Source: a virus. Taken from it: 64,000 nt of DNA. The DNA is taken from positions 113,645-177,644 of the IMG/VR virus record IMGVR_UViG_3300023499_000220; one strand, 5' to 3'. Of the stretch, positions 36,285 through 44,667 are shown in pieces; the stretch's first letter is position 1; every line of letters begins with the position of its first letter. The notes beneath the pieces were generated by a model. That model worked only from the letters and a program-made list of their open reading frames with translations. It did not search any database and was not told where the DNA came from. Made by a program: the position numbers and the translations under genes.

Positions 36285-39200
36285 TTACTGCTTCTTTTCC
36301 TCGGTTTTATCCTCAGGCTTTTCAGCAGCTTTTTCTTCGCTATCGCCATTCTTCTTCTTGACGATGACAAATGCGCCAACACCAATCAGAGCAACAACAA
36401 CGATAACAGGAACGATAACTTCTGCGCCAAAACCAACGCCAGTCTTGTAGTTGACTACAACAGGTGCCGGAGTGGGAGCGGGTTCATTCTTGACTACAGG
36501 AGTCGGAGTCGGTCTGCTTTCTTCCGGAGGATTCTCCAGCTTAACACTTGCTACCCGAACATCACCGTAGTTGCCTGCCTTATCGACTGTACGGGTCACA
36601 ATGTAACCAGTCCAATCGGGGCTCAGCTTAAAGGTGACGTAACCGTTGTCCTTATCAATGTTTGTAACATTGACAGTCTCGAACTTGGTTTCGTCGAAGG
36701 TGTAATCGCCATCAGCACTCTTGGCAATAGCAGAACCATTGACCTTGTAATACTGAATCTTAGCGACACCGGAGTTGTACTCGCCATCCAGAGCGGAGAT
36801 AGCAGGAACGGAATCCTTGACCTTTACAACAGGCACGAAGTCGGGGTCTTCGGTATCATCCTTGCCACCGTTTTCGTCGGGAGTAGCAACGACATCGTTA
36901 CCGTTTTCATCACCGGTCTCGTCGCCGGTTGTGAAGAGAGCGGGCTTACCATGAGCAATACGAAGCGTAGTGGCTTCGGTCTTGTCATTGGTCGTTTCGG
37001 TCTTTTCGGACTCGGCGGGAACCTTCTCATCTGTACCGGATTCGGTTTTATCCTTCTTACCGGAATCTTCCTTCTTGTCGGTATCGTCCTTCTTATCGTC
37101 CTTCTTATCGTCGTCCTTTTCGGGAGCCTTGCCAGTCTCTTCACCAGTAATGAACACATTGATGGTGCTCTCGAACTTGACGAACTTCTCGTTCAGCAAA
37201 TCGGTCTTATTGGTGGAATCAACCTTATCGGCAGCGAAAGCAGAAGCAACGACAGGAGCTTCGGTATCAACAGATGTGGTGATAGTTCCCATCTCGGTAA
37301 TGGCACCGGTCTTCAGGTCAATCAGGTAATAGGTAGAAGTAACCTTCTCACTATTAGCGGAAATGACCATCTTCTCGGCCCACTCAGCATCGGTCAGGGA
37401 ATCGCTGGTTCCGATTGCGTAACCCTTAGGAGCGATAACTTCAACCTTAGAGTTGAAGTACAGGCCACTCAGGTCATCAGTCGTCTTCTTGGTAACCTCA
37501 ACAGGCTTACCGGTCTTTTCGTCAGCCACAGTACCAACGATAGTTGCGGGTTCTACATCGGCAAGATGCAGACGCTGAACTTCGAGGTCTCCGGTGGTAG
37601 GCAGGTAATTGTAGTTGTCGTAAGCGCCGCCAACATACTTGAAAGCGTCCTTCGTCAAACCAACATTACCGAAGATACCATCGATGCTGGAAGCAACAAT
37701 GAGTTCGAAGGAAGGCAGCTTAACGGTTTCAGCAGTCTCGTCGAAAGCGTAACCACTGGTCTTGATTTCGGGAATCTCCGTCTTAGTGCCATACAGCTTG
37801 ACGACGGGGTTCGGGTCGAGAGTAACCGTCAGGTCTTTACGAGCGATAACGAACTGACCATCGGCTTCGTTCTTATCGGCATCGACGACATTGATTGTTA
37901 CTGCGTAATTCTGCTCAACAGCAGCATCGTAATCAGAGGTAACGGTGTAGGTGTAAGTACCAGCGTTCTTGACGTTTTCAGTCTTGAACTGGCTGTCACT
38001 CTCCACGCCGTCATCGCCGCTTGCAATATCAGGAGTCAGAGTAGCCTTTGCATCAGCGGTCAAGGGAGCAGTCTGTGCATTGTCGGTGGTCTTGTCATTC
38101 TCGAAAGGAGTATAAACAAGCGCCATTTTCAGGCCCAGAGAATCAGGCTTGACAGCTGCACCGTGCGTACCATCGCCATTGGTGGCAACAGCATTTACGG
38201 TGAAGTCTGGGTTAGTGGTATCGCCATAGACGATATCCTTGGGCTCGGTGACAGTGACTTCGACCAGACGCTCGCCAATAGTATAAACGCCATTAACAAT
38301 CGTAATCAGGTAATCGTCATTGTCGTAAGAACCGACCATGTCGTATGCACCGTAATTCTTGACAGATTCGGGCACGCTCTCCGCAACCAGAGAAGCAGCA
38401 CCATCAGCAGACTTCATGGAAATCTCTTCGGCAACCGCATTCTCAACATCCTTCTGAGTGATGCTGATAATAGCTTTCAGGTCATCGCCATTTACGATGG
38501 TCTTCTTATCGGCATCGCCAGTATAGGTAAGAGTATTGCTCAGTTCAGCCATTTCATTGCCGTAGACAGAACCAACAGTGCCGATGGTCCAAGTCAGAGG
38601 ACGCTGAGTGACCGTGTAAGTGCCGTTCATAGCAGTTACCAGATAATCCTGATAAGAAGCCTGACCGACGCGGTGAGCCAGACCGGAGAAGGAAGGAACA
38701 ATGTCATAGCCTCCGACATGGCTTGCAGAAGTGACGAGGCACAGGTTCGTGCCTTCCAGAATATCACCATTGACCAGAGCTGCCTTGGCAGTGTCACCAG
38801 TGTATTCCAGAACGTTCACGGTACCGTAATCAGACCAATCTTCAACAGCAACATCGTCGCCATAGATAGAAGTCTGGGGTTTAGCGGTGACAGTGATGGG
38901 ACGCTTGTCGATAACAAAATCAACGGGAGCGTAAACAAAGGTGTAGTTGTTTGCTGCGGCATTCTCAACATTTGCAGGAACGACCTTGCCGGTACCAGCG
39001 TGAGAAGCTACCGTTGCGGGAGCTCCCTCAGCATCGGTGAAGTTGAAGGTCAGGTTTGCAATGCTCAGGACACCAGCATCATCAGGAGTGGTGTTGCCCT
39101 TGACGGGTTTCACAACGAATCCATCGAAAATCAGGTCGTCGCCGGAGAGAACAGGGTTCTCATCGCCGTAAATCTTGCTCTGGGGAGCCAGAGTAACATT

Positions 39201-42200
39201 CAGCGTAGCAGGAGTGATTTCAAAGGTGTTGTTTACGCGGGTGATATTGAAGTTGGCATCATCGCCCTCGATAATCATCGGGTGCTTGCCGACATCTTCA
39301 CCAGCATCGGTGCCAGCGTCAGGACGAACAACCTTCAGATTTGCAAGGTCGCCTGCATCCTCGCTCACATAGTAAGCGCCGTCGCCAGTTGCAGTCCAAG
39401 TCAGTGCGGGGTCAGCCTCACCGTAGACCTTCTTCTGGCCTTCGTCAACAACCACGATTACATCGCGCTTATCGACATGCAGAGAACCATCAACAAAGAC
39501 GATGGGGTCATAGTTCTTTGCGCCCTTGTTTTCCAGACCGCTCATGGTGATGACATAATCGCCAGCAGCAGGACGAGCAGGAATCTCGGACAGAGAACCG
39601 TCAGCATTCTTGATGTTGTAGACAACCGAGCCAGTGAATGCGGAAGCAACGGTGTCATTGTTCTTCAAGCCAGTAACGGTGTAGCTGAACGTGGGAACGG
39701 TGCCGCCATAAATCATGGAGTAACCGCCAGCCACAGTAAAGGTGACCTTAACGGGCTTGATGGTCAGAGTAGCAACTTCCATAGCTTCGGGCTCGGTGGT
39801 GGAAGAACCAACATCGACGGAAGTGCCGGAGCCAGTCACGATGGTGATGGCGTAGTTGCCGTACTTGTTGTACAGAGTGGAGCTGATGGGATATTCACCG
39901 ACATCCTCACCGGCTTTGCGAGTGACAGAGCCGCTCAGAGCACCAGTAGTCAGTTCCAGCGTATTCTTCTTCAGACCATCGTTGGAAATGTTGCCGGAAA
40001 TCTCGGTGTAAGAGAATGCGGGGTCTGCATCGCCGTAATCCTTCTCGTAGTTGGAGAAAGTCAGGGTGATGGGACGAGGAGTGATGGTGATGGTGGAGTC
40101 AATCACCGTCAGGTCGTAGTTGGCAGGCTGTGCGTAGATAGCTTTCAGAGCATAAGTGCCAACGCTTGCGGAAGCAGAAGTTGCACCGGAAGTCAGGGTA
40201 ATGCCCTTAAGAATCTTTTCGGCTTCTGCTGCCTGAACATCAGTAGTAGTCAGCAGACCAGTGCCGCCCTTGATGTAATCCTTCACGTTCATAGAAGTGA
40301 GGGTCTCACCATAGGTCTTTTCGGTTTCGAGCAGGTTGATAACGGCAGTACGCTTATTGATGGTAAAGCGAACATCATTGGTGAAGCTGATACGATAGTT
40401 CTTTGCCATCGTCTGCTCATAGATGTTACCGCTGTAAATCGGATAAGTGCCAGCGTTCTCGCCTGCTTCACGGCTCAGACGAGCCTGTGCGAAGTCGGCC
40501 TTGGGCTCTGCGAAGCTGGTGGTGTTGTAGTCGAAGATGACATAGGTATCGTTGACTGCAAAGCTGGGGTCAGTCTCGCCGTAAGTCTTGGACAGGCCAT
40601 AGCGAGGAGTGATGGTCAGGGGCATCTGATGAACAATCAGCATGTTCTTGCCATCGGGTTCAGACAGCTTAACGCTGTTTGCGGGCTGGTTATCCAGACG
40701 GAAGGTCAGGTTGTAAGAACCTGCATCGTACAGACCAGAAGCGTTCGCAGTAGCCTCAACGGCGATACGAACAACACCCAGAGAAACATCCTTGCCGTCC
40801 ATCTTGATATTGACGGTTTCGCCATCGTGGTAAATCTGAGTGCCATCGGAGGTATTTACGTTGACAGAAACTTCCTTGGCGATGGTGTCGGGCTTCTTCT
40901 CACCGTAAGTAGTCTGCAGTGCGTTGAAGGTGACAGAGACATCAGCCTCTGTGACTTGGAACGTAGCCTGCGGGGCAATCGTTACGATGTAGTTGGGGTT
41001 CTCATCATAAGAGATGGTAGCCTCATAGTTGCCGACAACCGTGGTGGGGTCTTCCCACTTGGTCAGGTCGATGTGGATGTTCAGCGGGCTGCCCTGCGGG
41101 TCAACCACATTGATAGCCTGAGAACCGGTCTCGTCATACAGCGCATAGCTGGGGGTGTTCTTACCGGCAACGCCGTACTTACGGACGCTGTTGGTAGTAC
41201 CCTTGATGGTGACAGGCAGTGCATTGATAGTCAGCGTACCGCTTGTACCATCGCTGTAAGTGCCGGTGTAAACGATGTTGTAGTTGGGGTTGGTGTAACC
41301 GGAAACAACAATAGGATAGGTACCAACACCAGTCAGCTTACCAACGGTATTGTCAACGCCATACTTGATGGTGACAGTGCCGCCCAGAGAAGCGACGGTA
41401 TCATGGATGCCAATTTCATCGTTGCTTGCGAAGTTCTTGTATTCCAGTGCGCCGGTAATGTCGGCATCGCTGGGATTCTCGGAACCATACAGACGCTCAC
41501 GATTCGGAACGGTGATGGTCAGAGTACGCTTGGTGATAGTGTACTTATCGGGAGCATTGAAGGTGATGTCGTAGTTCTTGGCGATTTCAGCAGTCTGGAA
41601 CTGTGCATCGCTGTAAGCGTAAGAGCCAACGGTCTCGCCAACCTCACGAGTCACAACGCAGCCAGCAAAATCGGAACCAACACGGCCACCCTTGCCATTG
41701 ACGGGGTCAAGAGTAAAGGCAACGCCGCCCTTGGCATCACTGTCGCCGTAAACCTTCGTCTGACCGCCCATCACATTGATGGCGATAGGACGCTTGGTGA
41801 CGGTCAGCTTGCTGTTGACAAAACGAACCAGATAGTTGTCGTAACGGTCATAGTTCTTGCCATCGGCATTGGGGTCCCAGTCAGAAGACCAACGCTCCTG
41901 AGAAGCACCCTGCACAGATGCGCTGACAGTGTATTCGCCAACATTGGCAGTTGTAGGAGTGCCGCTGTTGCCAGCCGCATCCACCATGGTAAAGCCAAGC
42001 TTATCCTCGGTCAAACCGATGCTTGCCTGTGTATCGTTCAGCTTGAAACCTTCGATGGATTTAATCTTGCCAGAACGAGCAGCACCATACATTGCGGACA
42101 GGTCATCGAGAGTGACAGTCAGCATTGCAGGATGGATGATGTACTTGCTGTTGATGACCTTGACGTCATAGTAAGCAGTGCATGCAGGGGGAACTTCGAC

Positions 42201-44303
42201 AGTCATCGGATATTCGCCAACATTCTTATTGTCGATATCCTGACGCTGTGTTGTCAGAACCATGCTGACCAGTTTGTTCACACCGTCATCAGCGGTGATG
42301 TCAGAACCAGCGACAATACGCTTATCGGAGGCCACTGCCTGAGCAGCACCGTTATAAGCAACAGCGTCGAAGGTGATGGTGGAAGACTTGCCCTTTTCAG
42401 CCTCACCATAGATGGCATCAATCTGGTCGTTGGTGATGGTTACGTTACGCTTGGTAATTTCAAACGTTGCGGTAGCAAGGTTGATGTTATAGCCATTGAT
42501 AGGCGCATTCGTCTGGATATTGCCGATTGTAACAGTATAGCCACCGGGAGCAGAGGTGATGCTGGGCAGAACAACGGTGGGTTCACCGCTCAGACCAAGC
42601 ATCTCTTTCAGAGCAACTGCGTTGGACTTGTGTTCGTTGTTGGTCTTATACTCGAAATTCGTCTTATCGGTATCAGACCAGCCAGTAATCACGAAGTCAA
42701 CCTGAGGATTCTGCTGACCATACTGACGAGTGGCTTTGCTGCCGGTCGTCTGTACGCCATCATTGCCCTTGAAGACAAATACAGGAGTCAGGGTCAGAGT
42801 TTTTTCGGAAACGACAACATACACATCGCCGGTATTGGGCTGAATGTCGATGTTGTAGTTTGTGTTGCTCTTCGCGGAGGAACCTAAGATGATTTTGTAA
42901 GAACCGGTAGTGTCCTTATCAAAGTTCTCTGTGGTCAGAACATCCGCAGGAAGCAGGTCGCCGTCAACCAGACCACCATTGGTATCCATAACGGTGTAGT
43001 TAATCTGGCTGATGGTATTGCCCTTCGTAACATAGGTGGTATGAGGGACAATGTAAATCTGACGCTTGTTGATAGTCACACCCGTGTCATTGCGGATGTT
43101 TTTGGAAGAATCCAAGTTGGAACCATCAATGATGGTGTAATTCAGACCATTCACAGTAACGCTTGTGGCACCTGTATCAACATAAGTCGGATAAGTACCG
43201 GCATTGCAATGAATGTCTGTGGGATTCTGGCCGTCGCCGTCAGCCGGAGCATACATGATGAAGCTCAGACCGTCGATAGCTGCCTGAATATCCTTTTCGA
43301 CTTCCTGAGAAGTACGGGAATCAGCAGTGCTGTATTCGATGGTCAGACCCTTAGACTTGAAGGAGTCACCGTAGGTGTAGGTAACAGTCTGAGGCAGAAT
43401 GCGAATAACATTCTCCTGACCGCTAATCTTGGTATACTGAATACCAGTTCCTGCGGCAATCTGCTTACCAGTCTCAGCAGCGGTGATTGCCTGATAGTCC
43501 CCGATGACAGTCGTAGAACCGCCGCCATCAAACGCGCTGGCACCGCTGTTGTCTACAGGGTTTTCCTGACGGTCGCAAACCTGCAGATACAGGTCAGACA
43601 TGTCAAGGTATGCGTCCATGACGGGCTCGGCGACCTGCTCATCCTCGCTCAGAGAATAATACATGTCCTCAATGGGTTCCCAGTCATAAACTGCATCCAG
43701 TTCCTCAGTGCGACGCGTGACCATCGCATCAAGAACCGCGTTTTCCTTGTCAGCCTGCCATGCCTTGCTTGCAAGACCGAAGTTGTTTGCAGCAGTCAGA
43801 ATTTCATCTTTACGGCTTACAAGGGCGTTAGCCGCATCGATAAATGCCTGTGCTGCTTCACTGATGCTGCCAGTGGTAGAAGCTTCGCTGGAAGTGCTGG
43901 TGCTTGCACCAGTATCAGAGGCAGCACTGTTTGCGTAGGCAGTGGTCGTTTCAGACCCCGCCTGACTTGTAGCCTCAGAAGAAACATCGCTCGTCACAGA
44001 AGTGTCGCTGGACGCGGAACTTGCTGTGTCGGTAACATCGCTTTTCGGCGCGGGAGTAGTAGCGGAAGAGTCGGAGTTTGTTGTCGTAGTGCTGAGTGCA
44101 TCAGTTTCCTTCGGAGCTTCTTCACTCTGCGTGATTCCACTCGCGCTCTCCACTGCATAAGCAGTGACAGGAGCAAACTGAGACAGGCACATTGCTACGG
44201 CGACAATCGCACTCAAAAACCGCTTACGAGGTTTCTGCATGTTAGTTGCCCTCCTAATAATGTGAGTGTTCTGTGGTTTTACCACAGCCGGATTTATATA
44301 CAC
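36285..44303 (-). CDS. giant cell-surface adhesin with MBG-type repeats (2,672 aa; likely start MQKPRK at about 44240)
   Basis: Signal peptide. About 100 aa Ser/Thr-rich segment. Dozens of repeats of the KxYGxxDPxxTYxV...G...NYxI...GxLTIxKR type. KDD-rich spacer. Pro/Thr linker. C-terminal VVNYKTGVGFG plus TM segment plus KKK tail. Confidence 0.85.
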   Translation of the reverse strand: MYINPAVVKPQNTHIIRRATNMQKPRKRFLSAIVAVAMCLSQFAPVTAYAVESASGITQSEEAPKETDALSTTTTNSDSSATTPAPKSDVTDTASSASSDTSVTSDVSSEATSQAGSETTTAYANSAASDTGASTSTSSEASTTGSISEAAQAFIDAANALVSRKDEILTAANNFGLASKAWQADKENAVLDAMVTRRTEELDAVYDWEPIEDMYYSLSEDEQVAEPVMDAYLDMSDLYLQVCDRQENPVDNSGASAFDGGGSTTVIGDYQAITAAETGKQIAAGTGIQYTKISGQENVIRILPQTVTYTYGDSFKSKGLTIEYSTADSRTSQEVEKDIQAAIDGLSFIMYAPADGDGQNPTDIHCNAGTYPTYVDTGATSVTVNGLNYTIIDGSNLDSSKNIRNDTGVTINKRQIYIVPHTTYVTKGNTISQINYTVMDTNGGLVDGDLLPADVLTTENFDKDTTGSYKIILGSSAKSNTNYNIDIQPNTGDVYVVVSEKTLTLTPVFVFKGNDGVQTTGSKATRQYGQQNPQVDFVITGWSDTDKTNFEYKTNNEHKSNAVALKEMLGLSGEPTVVLPSITSAPGGYTVTIGNIQTNAPINGYNINLATATFEITKRNVTITNDQIDAIYGEAEKGKSSTITFDAVAYNGAAQAVASDKRIVAGSDITADDGVNKLVSMVLTTQRQDIDNKNVGEYPMTVEVPPACTAYYDVKVINSKYIIHPAMLTVTLDDLSAMYGAARSGKIKSIEGFKLNDTQASIGLTEDKLGFTMVDAAGNSGTPTTANVGEYTVSASVQGASQERWSSDWDPNADGKNYDRYDNYLVRFVNSKLTVTKRPIAINVMGGQTKVYGDSDAKGGVAFTLDPVNGKGGRVGSDFAGCVVTREVGETVGSYAYSDAQFQTAEIAKNYDITFNAPDKYTITKRTLTITVPNRERLYGSENPSDADITGALEYKNFASNDEIGIHDTVASLGGTVTIKYGVDNTVGKLTGVGTYPIVVSGYTNPNYNIVYTGTYSDGTSGTLTINALPVTIKGTTNSVRKYGVAGKNTPSYALYDETGSQAINVVDPQGSPLNIHIDLTKWEDPTTVVGNYEATISYDENPNYIVTIAPQATFQVTEADVSVTFNALQTTYGEKKPDTIAKEVSVNVNTSDGTQIYHDGETVNIKMDGKDVSLGVVRIAVEATANASGLYDAGSYNLTFRLDNQPANSVKLSEPDGKNMLIVHQMPLTITPRYGLSKTYGETDPSFAVNDTYVIFDYNTTSFAEPKADFAQARLSREAGENAGTYPIYSGNIYEQTMAKNYRISFTNDVRFTINKRTAVINLLETEKTYGETLTSMNVKDYIKGGTGLLTTTDVQAAEAEKILKGITLTSGATSASASVGTYALKAIYAQPANYDLTVIDSTITITPRPITLTFSNYEKDYGDADPAFSYTEISGNISNDGLKKNTLELTTGALSGSVTRKAGEDVGEYPISSTLYNKYGNYAITIVTGSGTSVDVGSSTTEPEAMEVATLTIKPVKVTFTVAGGYSMIYGGTVPTFSYTVTGLKNNDTVASAFTGSVVYNIKNADGSLSEIPARPAAGDYVITMSGLENKGAKNYDPIVFVDGSLHVDKRDVIVVVDEGQKKVYGEADPALTWTATGDGAYYVSEDAGDLANLKVVRPDAGTDAGEDVGKHPMIIEGDDANFNITRVNNTFEITPATLNVTLAPQSKIYGDENPVLSGDDLIFDGFVVKPVKGNTTPDDAGVLSIANLTFNFTDAEGAPATVASHAGTGKVVPANVENAAANNYTFVYAPVDFVIDKRPITVTAKPQTSIYGDDVAVEDWSDYGTVNVLEYTGDTAKAALVNGDILEGTNLCLVTSASHVGGYDIVPSFSGLAHRVGQASYQDYLVTAMNGTYTVTQRPLTWTIGTVGSVYGNEMAELSNTLTYTGDADKKTIVNGDDLKAIISITQKDVENAVAEEISMKSADGAASLVAESVPESVKNYGAYDMVGSYDNDDYLITIVNGVYTIGERLVEVTVTEPKDIVYGDTTNPDFTVNAVATNGDGTHGAAVKPDSLGLKMALVYTPFENDKTTDNAQTAPLTADAKATLTPDIASGDDGVESDSQFKTENVKNAGTYTYTVTSDYDAAVEQNYAVTINVVDADKNEADGQFVIARKDLTVTLDPNPVVKLYGTKTEIPEIKTSGYAFDETAETVKLPSFELIVASSIDGIFGNVGLTKDAFKYVGGAYDNYNYLPTTGDLEVQRLHLADVEPATIVGTVADEKTGKPVEVTKKTTDDLSGLYFNSKVEVIAPKGYAIGTSDSLTDAEWAEKMVISANSEKVTSTYYLIDLKTGAITEMGTITTSVDTEAPVVASAFAADKVDSTNKTDLLNEKFVKFESTINVFITGEETGKAPEKDDDKKDDKKDDTDKKEDSGKKDKTESGTDEKVPAESEKTETTNDKTEATTLRIAHGKPALFTTGDETGDENGNDVVATPDENGGKDDTEDPDFVPVVKVKDSVPAISALDGEYNSGVAKIQYYKVNGSAIAKSADGDYTFDETKFETVNVTNIDKDNGYVTFKLSPDWTGYIVTRTVDKAGNYGDVRVASVKLENPPEESRPTPTPVVKNEPAPTPAPVVVNYKTGVGFGAEVIVPVIVVVALIGVGAFVIVKKKNGDSEEKAAEKPEDKTEEKKQ

Positions 44304-44557
44304 CCTTACCTACTCCCTAGTGTGCAGCCTCGATTGTAGATAAGAAAGTATATCAAAACACAAGCAATCAAATTGCATATTTACAATATGCCACAAAAAG
44401 ACAGAAAAGTCAATCAAAAATTTTGGCACAAAAATGCCACCCATGAACGCATTCTCATATTTCGTATGGACATGGATGGTTGAAACATTAACGCAAAACC
44501 TGCTTGACTATAGCTATTATTTGTTCTAAGAAATTTGATGCTGTATTTATATCTATT

Positions 44558-44585
44558 ATATTACTTACTTTGCAGCAACGGTCAA
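44558..44585 (-). promoter_or_regulatory. Family-A promoter copy 7 (TTGACC-16-TAATAT) upstream of the 2,672-aa adhesin gene
   Basis: Plus-strand text atatta-cttactttgcagcaac-ggtcaa. Confidence 0.55.
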
Positions 44586-44611
44586 TAATTATTCTGAAAG
44601 TTAGAAGTTTT

Positions 44612-44662
44612 TTACGCAAAAAAAAGAGCGGCAGCTCTTTCGAACCACCGCTCTATTGTTTT
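44612..44662 (-). terminator. rho-independent terminator of the >6,442-aa adhesin gene
   Basis: Minus-strand RNA AGAGCGG...GAGCUGCCGCUC hairpin followed by UUUUUUUU, immediately after the stop at 44668. Confidence 0.6.
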
Positions 44663-44667
44663 ACCGC

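Noticed and set aside
36246-42887. 2,213-aa ORF on the plus strand antisense to the 2,672-aa adhesin gene. Similar antisense ORFs of 973, 3,067, 906 and 796 aa lie at 44656..47577, 47731..56934, 56956..59676 and 60973..63363.
   Set aside because: The sense-strand proteins have signal peptides, coherent domain repeats and sorting signals. The antisense translations are low-complexity (V/I/G/N/D/R-rich) with no motifs. The absence of stops on the antisense strand is a by-product of the extreme codon bias of the repeat genes (ACN, GTN, GGN and GAY-rich, few TTA/CTA/TCA codons).
44430-44450. TGGCAC-aaaaa-TGC resembling a sigma-54 -24/-12 element.
   Set aside because: The GG-to-GC spacing is 9 rather than 10 nt. 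It lies on the plus strand with no plus-strand gene downstream. No sigma-54 activator (EBP) is in the window.
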